64,000 nucleotides of DNA from Callorhinchus milii (GCF_018977255.1 NW_024704743.1:107944001-108008000); one strand, 5' to 3'; shown: positions 40,446 through 53,780, counted from the stretch's first letter. Translations and numbers: made by a program. The notes: generated by a model not told the origin, from the sequence alone.

Positions 40446-41119
40446 GAGCCAGAGAGTATGGCTTTCGTCTTGTCAACACTTAGTTGTAAGAAGTTTTTGT
40501 AAATGGTTTTCAGATGCCCACACAAGGTTTCTGAATAATCTTGGATGTAAATTTCAAACTCAATCAAATTGACTAAACTTCTTTGCTTGAGTACGTGTAA
40601 CAGGGTGCTTAAAAAACACATTATACTTGACAAAATAAACAAAAAATCGATCACAATCATTACTTGAATATTTATCAACATAAAAACAATCCTGATCATT
40701 TTCAGAAAATATTTTTTTTGTAATTCATTTTTTAAGCCCTCAACTACATTAATACTGGATTTTTTAAAAAACCAAGGACACAAACACTGTTCACATACCT
40801 GCAGCCTTAAAATAGTACGGAAGTTAGCCTCCCTCAGACGTAATTCTGTAACACTATTGGAATTAGATACACGAATAATGAAGATCTTTAAGCTTACACT
40901 TTGGTAAGAGATTTGCCATTTGGTGTTGTGCTTCTCTACAAATATACCTAAACCAAACATTCATTAGCAAAAACAGACAAAGCAACCTCCAGACCAGCTG
41001 AGTGAGTAACAGGGCAGTTAGAAGCAAGCATGCAGACAGGCTGTAATGAGAGGCCGAATCCACAAATACAAACAAAGGTTATTTCTATGCAATGGATCTC
41101 ACAGAATAAAGATGCTTAC

Positions 41120-41520
41120 CTTCTGAAACTCTCGCCTCTGAGTCAGAAGATTGTGGGTTCAAGACCCAAGCGGGACTTTGAAATCATAGTGAGGGCTGAC
41201 ACTCCAGTGCAGTGATGGGGATGTGCTACAATGTACAAGGTGTCATCCTTCGGATGAGATGTTAAACTGATGTCCTATTTGCCCATTCAGGCAGACATTA
41301 AAGATCCCATGGCTCTATTCAAAAAGTGAAGGGATTTTGTCCCGGTGTCCTGGCCAACAGTCCCCCAAATAAAATTAATCATTCACTTCATGACTGTTTG
41401 TGGGACATCGGTGTGTGCAAACTGGCTGCTGCCTACAAAATACAGTCATTACTATCCACAGCATATCCTGTGAAGTGCTTTGCCATGACCAATGTGAAGC
41501 GTGCTATACCAAATGTAGGG
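41120..41520 (+). mobile_element. Deu-domain SINE
   Basis: CTCTCGCCTCTGAGTCAGAAG..GTGGGTTCAAG head; GGATGAGATGTTAAAC...AAAGATCCCATGGC core. Confidence 0.8.
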
Positions 41521-44313
41521 AATAAAACATTGGACGCTTCTCGGTAAAATAAAAATACCTCAACGAAATCTCATGGAGCTTTAACTTTCAATGCAGAACA
41601 AAATCTTGGCAGGTTTCACTACAGCTGTTTTGAATGGCGGGGTGGGGGGGGGGAGAAGCTCAAGTACTCCCAAGATCAGTCAACTACATGGAATGTGCCA
41701 GAAATAGCAGACGAGCAAGTTCATTTTTTTCTAGTTTAAAGAAGGGATCATCCAAGAAACATCAAAACCACTGCATTGGCAGGAGTGAATAATGGGCTTC
41801 TAATCTTGGGTGAATCAAGACATCAATCTCCCTCAGCTCCATTCATTGTCAAGGTTTTATGAAAGTATGCAAACAGGTGAAGCATGGCAGAGGGCAACGT
41901 GGAGGGGCATGGTCTTCATGCGTGAACACACACACACACAAACGGCAAATCAGCTGGTGTTAGTTCATGTTCGGAGAACACAAGGACATTAAACAGAGCA
42001 CAATGCATCTCCTATCATTTGAAATAGATCATCACCATGTAAAAATAACAGTATTTTTTCCTTCCTGAACAACACTTGATAAAATGACATGTCCGTGCAC
42101 CACAAACCACAATCACCAAGTAAACAGTTGTCATCAAACTTCTATCTTCTCCCCTTTCTCCTCCTACTCGCACACCCCCACCCCACCCATCGTTCAATTT
42201 CCCCTTTTTAAGACAGAAAAACAACTTAATGCTGTTGAATACTTTGCACATTCTTCTAGCTAACAAAGCTGAAACACAGGGAATGGAAAAATAAAAGCAT
42301 GCATGGCTCTCTGTCTGATTTTAAGCTTTGTTTTGATTTATCATAGACTTCCATTAATCATGAATCAATGCACAGATGAACATGTTACAATTCATAAAAT
42401 AGAATGAATAAAGCCATCAGACACGGTAATATAGCATCACCTCCTGGGTTAGATATACCAAATGGGGCCACTGACATTGGAAGTTTTATTGACAATAAAG
42501 CTATAGCATTTCATTTCTAATACCAAAATGAATTGATGGCACTTGGTGGATCTTGCTCTGTCAGGTACTTAACCAGTCTCTTATGTATTTCAGCAGCCTT
42601 CTGGAAATCCCTTTAAGAGTGTTAAAATATTCATGGATTGCTAAGAAATTTGTTCTTAAAAAGTGGACATTTTTCCACTTTTATATCCAGATTCGCTTTA
42701 TCATTCTTAGCAATTCCCCAGCTGGGTTGAGTGAGAGACGCAGTTTGCTCCTGTACACAAATGACATCTCTGCTCTGCCACAGGACTTGCCTGCTGTCAA
42801 TGTTTATGTTTGGGGACTTAGGAAGGAGCAGAAAGTTCAAGAATTATTTTGGAAAGCGAGATGCCAGACTAAGTCAAGCTTGCTTCATGTTCTTCACAAA
42901 TGCTCTGCTTTTCTAGATGAGTACACATAGGATGATACACCATGAGCTCACAAAATACTTTTTGACAGCTGAGGATTTCAATGGAAGGATTTTTAAGAGG
43001 ACACTCCTTACTGGTGTGCATTGGATTTTTCAAGCAGTGCTTAGGCTGGTGCTGTGGCTTTATTCTTTACAGCACTTTTACACAAACTTCAAAATAGGGG
43101 ATGAAATCACAAGCTTTTACCACAGACAAATCTGCCCTCCATTGTCAAGTGCATCATCTCCTTAATGCTTGTTATTAAATGTTGCCCAATGCCACAGCTG
43201 TGAGCAGGGTCAATGGGCCTTTAAAAAGGACTAAGATGAACAAATGTGGAGGAAGGGTGTGGGAAAGAGATGGAAATAGGGGTCAAGATGGATGGCTTCA
43301 CTGGAGCTACAAAGAGCGACACTAAAACAATGGTTTGATGTTAAACCAAGATGCCACTTGCCTGATCAAAAAGACATTAAAGATCCAATGGAAACTACAT
43401 TAAACCTTAGATAGCTAAACCTAATGGGGAGGGGGGAGAGGGAACTGGTCTGGCAAACTGGAATTTTCAGCTAAATGTAATCACAATGCCAATACTGGCC
43501 AAATAAGCTATCTTCTGCTCACAGGTCTCAAACTGAGTCAAAGTCAATATCCCTGGCCCTGAAGGTTAGGAGGCTGCTCAGCATGGCGTTGGCATGTGCT
43601 CTGCCCGCAGAAAAAAGCTGGGTTCAAAAAGAGAAGGGACTTTTCCCAGTGTCCTGCCCAACGATACCCTAAGTAAATCAGTCACTCACTTCATGGCTGT
43701 TTGTGGAACATTGCCTGTGCAAATTAGTGGCCATAATCACCTACAAAATACAGTCACTAGACTTTAGAGTAAATCCTTCTGACTCTGAGGCAAGACTGCT
43801 GCCAGCTGAGCTAGAAAAAAGGCTGAGAAGAGGTACTGATTGGAAAGCTCCTTCAGAGAGGTAGCACAACCACAATCTCCTGTTTGGTGAAATTCTAGAA
43901 TTCTAGCTCCTGGCAAAAAAAAACATTCAGAACTTTTCTTTTTCCAAAAGAAAACCCGTTCGGCAAGAATATGTGGCTTTGCCGAGTATTGGAAAAAGCG
44001 ACTTCAATTAAGTCATCAAAAGAATGCGGAATTGAAATTGCTGGAGTCGGCAGCTGTAATTAATGCTCTTGCTCATTTCCAAATGGGATTAAATCAGTGC
44101 GGCACTGACTGGCCCCGAAGGAAAATAATGGGATTGTTTTGTAAAAGAGTTTAATTGGGTTGTAAGCGCACACCACCTGGTCTATATTGACATGCGTAGG
44201 AGCTGCAGCAAATATAATTCCACATGCTACAAAGCAAAAACTCACCTTCTGTGAGTCCCTGCGCAGATTTTTATGGCTATAATTTGAACTCACCACTCTG
44301 AGATAAAGGTTAA

Positions 44314-44660
44314 ATAATAATCCTTGCATTTGATTATAGCCCCTTTTCACGTTGATGAGACGTCTCAATGCGCTTCACAGAATGTATTGTATGGTGGATC
44401 AACTATGTATTTTGTGGGTGAAACGTGGCAGCCAATTGCGCACAGCAGTGTCCCACAATCAGTTGTGGATTAAGTGACCACATTTTTCTTTTGGCAGTGA
44501 TTATTATCACTGTTAAACGACCCACCAATCGATTAACAAACTGTTACCTAATTACTGTTAGGTAAATAGAGACATGTGGAGTCAGGAAACTTGCCTGAGG
44601 TTTCGTCCTGCCTGGGAATTGAACCCAGGTCTTCTCGCAAGGCAAGCGCCAACCATAACC
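44314..44660 (-). mobile_element. tRNA-derived SINE, diverged
   Basis: Family tail, body and B box. Confidence 0.8.
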
Positions 44661-44869
44661 ACTTTTGTAGTCCTGTATATGATGGTTAATGCCAATGAAG
44701 TTAAACTTGCTGCAAAGCCCAGAAGACTATAAAAGTCCAGATAGCAGCATTTAAGTTTCTCAATACTGAATATTTCTTAATTCGCATTAGCTTCTGAAAA
44801 TGCATAAAGATGCTCAAGAGTATATTTCTAAACCAATTTCTTCCCCTCCTGAAGATGCTAAAGAATCTT

Positions 44870-45340
44870 GCTGGGGGTGTCGCCTCCGTACCCCCATCAC
44901 CCCAGTTCTTGCCAGGCTTCACTGGCTCCCTGTTGTAGAACGGATCGATTTCAAGATCCTCATTCTCATTTTCAAATCTCTTCACGCCCTGACACCTCAA
45001 CTCTCTGATCTGCTTACTCCGCACTCCTCTACCTGCCACTTTCACTCAGGCGCATGGGACCGCTGCACATCACTCATCCCCTCCGCTCCACAATTGGTGG
45101 TTGAGTCTTCAGCCACTATGCTCAGAATCGCTGGCATTCCTTGAATGCCAACATCCCACCAGCACCTCACCCAACCAGTCTTGCTGCCTCTCTGCCCGTT
45201 TTCAAATCACACCTAAAGATTTTCCTCTTCGACTATTACTTTGGCACTTTCTGTCCGGCTTGGCATCAAGCCACACCAATGCTAAGCACTCCAAGATGCT
45301 ACCCGCATGAAGGGCACTATATAAATGCAAGCGGTTGTTG
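44870..45340 (+). mobile_element. L2-type LINE 3' fragment
   Basis: PITPVLARLHWLPVVERIDFKILILIFKSLH. Confidence 0.85.
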
Positions 45341-48300
45341 TTCTAGTTCCACAAGTGCCAACATCCCTCCGACACCTTCCCCAACAGTCGTCCTTGAGCT
45401 CTGGGACCAGTCAGTGAGTATCAGCAAGATAGTCAACCGTGGAGCGCATAAGAGCTAAGAGATCCTGCTTTCACCCAGCATCCACCTGCACATTTTCCAG
45501 CATTTATTTGGCCTGGTGGATATACTTTTGAAACAAAGTACATTCTTTCTATTTCCTTCTCTATTATTTCTTTCTCTTTGAGATTACTTGGCTCATTATG
45601 GTCTGTGCTGGTGTTATCTCCCCCACAATAATCTCAGTCTCCAACTCTTTCCACACCTTTTAATATGTTTCATCAAGTATTTATCCAATTCTCTATTAAA
45701 TGCTATTCACGAACTCAGCTTCAAACCCATTTATGGTGAGTCATTCGACATTAACAATGTGTAAAATCAATTGCTCTACCCCACTTTTTATTTTGAATGT
45801 GTGCCATTGTTACTGACATCAGTAAAAATAGCCTAATCAAACTTATTCAACATTTTAAAGCTCATCATAAGGAAGGGCAATCTGCACTGAATAGTTGTTA
45901 ACTGCGAATTACTATTGTTCACCTTACGAAGAGAAACCAGTTTAAAATAAATATTAATATTAATATAATATATTAAAATATCGACCCAATCTCCAGCAAT
46001 GACCTAGATTTCAATTCCAGAAATCAAACGGATATTAAACTAACTTCATAGCAGTGTTTTTCTATATAGTGTGACATGTTACAGGATACAATATTACCCA
46101 GAAATAATGGGCAGCAATGCTCACAGTAGTTAGAACCCAGAAAGACAGATACCTGCTCCCACTCTCTGCGCAATGCACTTGCTGGAAATGACTGGATTTC
46201 AGCACTAGCCTTGGATATATATACAGCCCAGGCTGAATACAATTGGTACAGAAAATCAAACATAGACAAACCAGGAAAGCTCCAACTCCCTTACTTATTA
46301 CTAAAGGTTTTCTTTTTTGATTTTCCTGGTACAAGTACAATAAATTACACAGATCTACAACGTCAGATGCCTTTAAGTGCTGTGGTTTTGCTAATCATGA
46401 GAAATGATACAGTGCAATGAAGTGATTAGGAATTATTGATTAAATATAGTAACCCTAGATTACTAACAAAGGCAATGACTGAAACAACAGGAAACTTTGG
46501 TACCGAACAGAAATTAAATCATCGAAATGTTAACACTATAAGGGAAGTCTTGTCCCGCAAAACTAGACTTTAAAATCTTTTTTTTAAATAATCTTCTCAC
46601 ATATTAAAAAACATTTGCAAGAGGTGCACATTTGAAAGGACAATTTACTTGTTTCAGAATTTCTGTTTGTGTGTAATAAACAGAGAAAACCAATGGAAAT
46701 AAAAAAATCTAAATACCTAATGGCTTGTCCTCAATTTTTGATGGCGAAATGGTCTCTGTGACAAGTACATAAAAGAAGAATTTTTAAAAATGAAACAATA
46801 TCTAAAAGGAGGAAATGTATGTTACATATATGATAATGCTAGGGAGTGGAAACAGAGCCTTTGGACCTACTATGCTATATTAATACTCCACCCGAGCTCC
46901 TACTTGTCCTAATCACCTCTCCTACTTCCCTTTATTCCTTTCTCCCCCCATGTATGCATCACATTTTCTCTTAAATACATTGATTTTATTTGTTTCAACC
47001 AGTTTCCAGCAGCAAGTTCCATATTCTAACCACCCTCTGCATGAAGAAGTTCCTCCTAAACTTCCAGTTAGGTCTACTACTGGCTATCTTAAATTTAAAC
47101 CTAGTTTGAGACTCACCATTGAATGGAAACAGATGAGTTCTTTCTTCCTTCCCCCCAACCAAGGCCCTTGATCAAGAATGCTCTTGTGCAGCTTCGCCAA
47201 ATCACCCAGCTCTGTCCCTACCTCATGCCCAATGCTGCCAAGACCCTCAGACACTCCTGAAGGATGTGTAAACACCCTCTTTGCCAGACTCACCACCTCT
47301 AATATTCATAAGCTCCAGCTCATCCAAACCTCTGCTACTTTCATCTTTACCAAGATCCTCACACTAACCTTCAAACCCTTCATACCTTTGTTCCTCTCTA
47401 ACGTTGATATTGTCCCGGCCTTTCTCTCCTGCTCACCCCTCTAACCTGCAAACTCAGCCTGCTAAATATCCCACTGCCACATCCACCATCAACAACTAAG
47501 CCTTCAGGCATTATTTCCCCCATCCCCACCCCCATGAAGAACTCCATTCTTCCACCACTCAGTCTTAACCCCTCTTGATTTGTCTTCACAAACCACCTAA
47601 AAACTTGGCACATTTCACCTCCCTGTCCCACCCACCGTCTCACAGTATCAGTCGCTCCCTCGCTTCCCCCCCTCACCCTGATCATTTCCTCCCTGCTCGG
47701 GTCCCGACCCAACTGTCCAGCGCCTTGGGACGTCCTCCCGACCTGAAAGGCGCTCTATAAATGCAATCTTGTTGTTGTTGTAAAGTGCTCTGAGACATGA
47801 CTTACTGTGAAGGGTGCTATGTAAATACAAGAGTTTGTCACAGTGGCAGAGGAACCATATAATACCATTTATAGTCCATCTAGACAGTTCCAAAAAGGAA
47901 AAGATAATAATGCTACACTACTCTTTCACAGCTTGGCCACTCTCTCTCACTAGTATACATACTAGACTCCAATATAATATACTAGACTACTCTCTCTTGT
48001 TACACCATTTATAACTACACTACTCTCTCTCCCTCATGCACTCAATTGATTTATTTGCCAAATAGCTTTCTGGTTTTCGCGCCTGAATCAGCTGATACAA
48101 TCTGCCTCCCTGGCTGGTCTATTTCTCATATCCACTACTGTTAGTTTAAAGTAGTTAAATCTAAACTGTCTGTTCACTTTCCCTCTTCTGAGCTTGATTC
48201 CACAGTATTAAATGTAGTTAATTTAATTTAACAAGGTGGGGGGGGTAAATAAAGGATCCGAGATGAGATGATATTTTATGTAGCAGTCTCTTGCTGACTT

Positions 48301-48821
48301 CAAGTGCAACCTAGACAGATGGGATAGACATCTTGCTCAGTTATAACCCACTGTGATCCCTCAACTTTGATTCTAACAAAGAGATACAGTTTGTGCTGCT
48401 TTAAGAGAGCAAAATATCAATACAAACATTTTCACTGAATGTGACTAATAAATCCATGATAATTTGAGAGCTTCAGAAATCCCACTGGGAGATGCGTGCG
48501 TGTGAATTTTGGTTACTACAAGATCAGACTAAACTGTGATACATTCCCCACTCCCACCGCCTCCACGCACAGTTCAATGAACTCCAACATTCAAGGCTCA
48601 TGAACCAATCAATGGCTATCGGCGAGGTACCAGAGCGTGTCACTGGAAACTTATCCCAGCAGAAGGAAAATAAAATCAAACATCATGGGAGGCGGAAAGA
48701 GAGAAGAGGGAGGGGAAGAGAAGAGTGGTGGGTGGCCTGGGAGGAGAGAACAAGGAATTAAAGAGAAAAGCATTGGAGAAAAGAAAATCTCTTTTGTGCG
48801 AGGGATGATACTTCAACATAC

Positions 48822-48866
48822 CTACAGCTGGCTCCTCTTGTGAATCAGTGTCTCCAAGCTGCTCTT
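48822..48866 (-). CDS. ASPH: ASPH acidic exon (E)EQLGDTDSQEEPAV; 45 nt, phase 1/1
   Basis: ttattttacag|AA GAG ... GTA G|gtatgt. Confidence 0.85.
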   Translation of the reverse strand, partial: KSSLETLIHKRSQL

Positions 48867-50425
48867 CTGTAAAATAACAATGGAAAACATTTGAGATAAA
48901 GGATAACTAGAAATCTCAAATGGATCGATTCACAATTGGGAGGTTCAATTTTCTTTTTTTTTAAAAAAACACACAACTCTCCAACTCAAGCATCTGTGTG
49001 TGAGGTTTCGGTCATTCTGGTCTCTCTATCTCACCCTCGCCTCCGCCATTCCCATCTTTAAAGCCCATTTCTTTCCAACCCCGTATTTGGTCACCTTTCT
49101 TCCCCTCTAAGCTCTCCCCACTCTCAACTCAGGCTCTCAGACGATTCTTTGAAGCACTTTGAGACGTCCTCTCGATGTGAAAGGCATTGTATGAATGTAA
49201 AATAGTTGCTGAAACATTTTGGAAAGGAAAGAACAAGCTATTAAAAAGGTGCTCTCGAAACGTCTTGGTGTTTGCATAGTTATAAGATTTTAAAAACATT
49301 TTAAAAACAAGCTAGAATTCCTCCCCTAATATTTTGTTGGGTGAACGTACAACTGGATCTGGAGCAGTGCCAAGCATACTAGGAAGGTTCAAGCCTCAAA
49401 CATTGCTTGTCGTCAGCTTGCCAGTCTCAGTTAGGGTAGCAACAAAAGGGACTAGAATTGCCACCAGTGTCGCTGGACAAGTGAAAGGCAAAGATAAAAT
49501 ACAAACATCATTTAAATTAAAATACAAGTCATCATTCCTGCTCTTGTTGTTATTCAGTGCCCCTCTCTGCGTGTGTGAACATCAGGTGTGGAGAGAATTA
49601 GGCTCAGCTGTGGTGTGCACCTGTCAAGTTGAATCTCTGCCAGCAACCACCACCTTGGCTTATAGATTGAGAAAAAGATCACTCAGGTCCATCTGGTTGG
49701 TTACAAGATAAAAGCACGCACATATACTCTATGCAACTCAACCATGATTGTCAGCTAGCCAGCTTTTACCCCCTCTTGAATTTGCTGATACACTCTGCCT
49801 CTGCCACCCTCCTGGGTAGTTCTTAAGATCCACACCCTACATTCTCTACAGAAATAATCTGTTCACTTGCCCTTTGCTGAATTTCGGAACAACAACGTTA
49901 AACAAATTAGGGTTCAGTTTACCTACACCCTTTGAATACTTCCCCTACAAAATACAGTCACTCCATTTTGCAGTACATCCTGAGAAATGCTTGAAGATAT
50001 CCTCCTGACATGAAACATGTTATATCAAATGTAGGAATTACTATTGTTATTACTCCTATAAGCCTTCCTTCGAGTGTGAACATTCCTGTAGTACCTTTTC
50101 TTAAATCAGGTGCCTAATTATAGATATTTGCTGAACCGGCTTCAATCCTTGTGACTTACACTCGATCACTTCAGCTACATACCTGCTCACTTTTCTTGTT
50201 TTAAAGTCACTGTACACTGTAATTTCAGTGAACTCTCCGTGAGGACTTCCAAAATATCTCTCCTGTGCTGTACCCTGAAGATTGAGATTGGATTCTCACT
50301 ATTTACTCTCCTTCCCTAATATCATTGTTCACCATTTGCCCACATTAAATGTCAATCTGCTACGCATTAACATCAGTCAATACCAGCTAGTTTTAGATCA
50401 GCACAAACACAGGAGGGAGATTTAC

Positions 50426-50467
50426 CTGGCTCAGTTTCGTCTCTTGTCATTGTCTCTTCTACTTCAC
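50426..50467 (-). CDS. ASPH: ASPH acidic exon (G)EVEETMTRDETEP; 42 nt, phase 1/1
   Basis: cttttttag|GT GAA ... CCA G|gtaaat. Confidence 0.85.
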
Positions 50468-50585
50468 CTAAAAAAAGGGAGAGCGATTGTGTTTTTTTTA
50501 ATATACGTGTATACAAAAAGTACGAACCAATGAGTATTTTTCATTTAATGAAATAAAACTTGCAGCAACTACAATTCTGACTGAC

Positions 50586-50738
50586 CTGTATCTTCAGAAT
50601 GGTCAGGCTCTGTGGGTTCATTGCCTTCTGTGTGCTCTTCCACATGCGTGTGCACTTCCACAACATCCATATGTTCTTCCTCATCTGTGAGCTCTTCTGC
50701 ATGGTACACATGCTCTTCACTGTGTTCTTCCGCAGTAA
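50586..50738 (-). CDS. ASPH: ASPH His/Glu-rich exon (V)TAEEHSEEHVYHAEELTDEEEHMDVVEVHTHVEEHTEGNEPTEPDHSEDT; 153 nt, phase 1/1
   Basis: ttctttacccag|TT ACT ... ACA G|gtcagt; open frame (ORF 50569..50763). Confidence 0.85.
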
Positions 50739-51933
50739 CTGGGTAAAGAAAATATTGGGACACAAATTCAGGCTGCGCAGGCTCAATCCCGCTAATGAGC
50801 TTTCCCTGGTTACACCCTCAGCGGCATTCTGACACAAAGTGGCAAAAACTAACCCCCATTTTAAGCTCTGATCTCCTTGGCATTTTGGATCTGTAAAACT
50901 ACAGGCCGTAAACACAGAGAAACAGGTAGAATTTTAGGCAGTATTTAAAGACAGATAGAGAGAGGGGTGCAAGATGAAGGGGCAGAGATCCAGAAGTTAA
51001 CAATAATCTTGAATTTGATATGGCAACTTATCCTATCATTGAGATGTCTAAGCATTTCACAGGATTTTAAATAAACTGTATTTTGTAGACCAATTTGCGC
51101 ACAGCAATGTCCCCGAAATAGCCATAAACTGAATTGATTAATTTTATCTGGGGATTGGCCTGGATAATGAGAGGAACTCCCATCTCTTTGAGAATAGTGT
51201 TATGGGACCTTTAAGGTTAGGGGCATATTTACAGGAGTAGACCCAATTTAGCAGTCAATCCCACTTCTATTCATGTAAACTTGATGGGTAGAACAGCTCT
51301 TCCTATCAATTCCTACTCAGGGGAGGTTTGCATACTTCAGTGAGAAGCATGAAAACACAGTGAAAGAGAGGCAAACTCTTAATAGTAGTTGATGCTGACA
51401 TTCAACCAAAAGTTTGAATGAAAATCCACTACATGCACCATTACTAATTTACTAGCTACACTATTAACATTTTTCAAATGGAAAGATCTAAACAGAACGA
51501 GTTCCAAAAATAGCTAACTATGAATGTCGTTATTTCACTACTTATATACATTTCCCCAACAGGTAAACTTCCCTGGAATCGTTGACCATATCAAGTGTGA
51601 CTGACTTTACGTGGACACAATTAAATACCCTTGATCAGCACATGAAGATATTTCACCTACAAAATAGTTTTACAGTAAAATTTTGTAATAATAATCCTTG
51701 CATTTGATATAGCGCCTTATCACGTCGTTGAGACATTTAAAGCGCTTCATAGAAAATACTGTTAAGTGAATTGACTGTATATTTTGTGGGCGAAACTTGT
51801 GTAGCACTTTTAGAGACATCCTCCTATGAAAGGCATTGTATCGAATGCAAGGATTATTATTCATTAGATTCAGGAAAAGGCACATGGAACAATCATTGCT
51901 TCTTTCTCCTGAAGCTGAAATTAAAACCAATAC

Positions 51934-51978
51934 CTTCCTCTGCCGGATGCTCCTCAGTGGTCTTGGGAGCGTCTCTCT
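51934..51978 (-). CDS. ASPH: ASPH acidic exon (E)RDAPKTTEEHPAEE; 45 nt, phase 1/1
   Basis: ttcctcacag|AG AGA ... GAA G|gtattg. Confidence 0.8.
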
Positions 51979-52554
51979 CTGTGAGGAAATGAAGAGTCAT
52001 GTTACTAAACACACTGACTGGTTCTTGACAACTCTTTTTCGAATGTCAGTGATGTACTTCGCCTTTCCCCAGATTGATTTCAGATAATAAACAACTAAGT
52101 CATATCAGTTTAACAAAAGGCCTTTCAGCTTCCTGTGCGACTACAGGAAAAGCACCATCACATATTGATTAACTGTTGCAGCTCTAAGATTCATTTTGCC
52201 TCCACCAATATCTCTCCCCTTTGGATTTCTTCCATGGGTATCAAGTCGCTGTCCAGGGAACACTGCAGCTGAACCTGGCCTCCACATCGCTTCCAACAGA
52301 GGTTGCATGATTGTTGAGGAACTGGATACTTTGCTAAGTTAACCCTCTCTCTTTGAAGAATGTGAGGCGGAAACCAGGGATGGAACCCGAGCTCTCCTGA
52401 TTTGGAATGTTAAGCTGCATATTCCCGCGGAGATCAGAGGAGCTAACATTCTCACAGTGCCGCCTGAATTTGTTTTCGCCCCCCACTGAAAGGTAATCTC
52501 GAACAAACACGGTGGTGCTGACTATTACTATTACTTTATGCCCGAAGTAATAAA

Positions 52555-52905
52555 GACAATAATAATCCATCGCATTTGATACAGTGCTTTATCATGTCAT
52601 CAAGACATCTCAAAGGGCTTCATAGATTTAGTGTAAAGTGTAGCGAATGTGTAGTTTATTTTGTGGGCAAACACAGCAGCCAATTTGCACATATCAATGT
52701 CCCACAAATAGCCATAAAGTGACCTTTTTTTTTNAAGTGGGGGATTGCTGGCCAGAATACCAGAAGAAACTTTCTTCTCTTTCCGAATAGTACCATGGGA
52801 TCTTCAACATCCACCTGAACAGGCAGACGGGACCTCAGTTTAATGTCTTATCAGAATGATGGCACCACTGACAATGCAGCACACCCCAAGCACTGGAGTT
52901 TCAGC
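52555..52905 (-). mobile_element. Deu-domain SINE
   Basis: AAACTGAGGTCCCGTCTGCCTGTTCAGGTGGATGTTGAAGATCCCATGG on the minus strand. Confidence 0.8.
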
Positions 52906-53211
52906 TTATTGCAGTTTATTACACGTGGCATTAGTCAGTGCTTTGTACTGGCAAGCCCACAGTTTCTATGAATGTGTGGGTGGAAAGGAGGTGCTCAGCT
53001 AAATGGCTTATGCATCTTTATGTTCTTAGAACTCTTGAGCACAACTTGACATCAGCATCACAAGCAATGAGGCCACCACATGCATATCATGCACACCTTC
53101 TGTCGTTGCTGTATTACCCTTATTCAAGCAAATCACTGAATATGTCAGCAATATACAGAAAGAAAGAAGCAAGATTGATCTCACACACAGATAAAAATCA
53201 GAGATGCACAC

Positions 53212-53256
53212 CTTCCTTTGTCACCTCTTCTACTGGCTCTGGAAGAGGCACTGCAG
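53212..53256 (-). CDS. ASPH: ASPH exon (A)AVPLPEPVEEVTKE; 45 nt, phase 1/1 (second in-frame acceptor 6 nt downstream)
   Basis: gtgtcttgcag|CT GCA ... GAA G|gtgtgc. Confidence 0.78.
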
Positions 53257-53384
53257 CTGCAAGACACAAACATGTTTCTGAGAAGCACCAAGCTCGGGGA
53301 ACATACCTCAGTTGATAAAAGCAGATGCACTTACACAAACAGATGTTAGGAAGAAAGAGACAAACATGAGTCAGTGTTTCAGAC

Positions 53385-53780
53385 CCTAGCCGGGGATCGG
53401 GATTAGGTTAGGGTGGAGGGGGGGAAAGAAGGGTGATTGAATGCACAATCGAAGAGGAGGATCTTGAGATGGGTCTTGAAGGTGGCAAGGGAGGGAGCGA
53501 GGCGGGATGGAAATCCAGAGGGTGGGGGCAGAGTGGCAGAAAGCCTGCCTGTCAATAGTGGGGTGAGTGAGTCGGGGGATGTGAAGAAGGCCTGAGCCTG
53601 CTGAGCGGAGGGAACGAGCAGGATGGTAGGGGGTTAGGAGGTCGAAGAGGTAGGGGGAGTACGACCATGGAGGACTTTGACGGTGAGGACCAGGATCTTG
53701 AAACGTATCCTCTGTGTGATGGGAAGCCAGTGGAGTTGGGCGAGGTTGGGGGTGATAGGGTCACGGAGCCTGGTGCAGAT
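53385..53780 (-). mobile_element. L2-type LINE 3' fragment
   Basis: RLRDPITPNLAQLHWLPITQRIRFKILVLTVKVLHG. Confidence 0.85.

Noticed and set aside
39539..40960. 473-aa minus-strand ORF, the longest in the track
   Set aside because: It is a chimera of AT-rich intron, L2 ORF2 remnant and an inverted L2 tail, and the L2 frame shifts after the insert. It has no coherent domain structure and is treated as a chance open frame.
46153..46181. Possible 29-nt exon (SALRREWEQ)
   Set aside because: It is not frame-preserving, the donor is weak (gtatct) and there is no other support.
50183..50230. Strong donor-like CAG|gtatgt
   Set aside because: The phase-1 frame has a TGA just upstream and there is no convincing acceptor.
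52734..52734. Single ambiguous base n
   Set aside because: Assembly ambiguity at the end of a T run inside a SINE; no biological signal.
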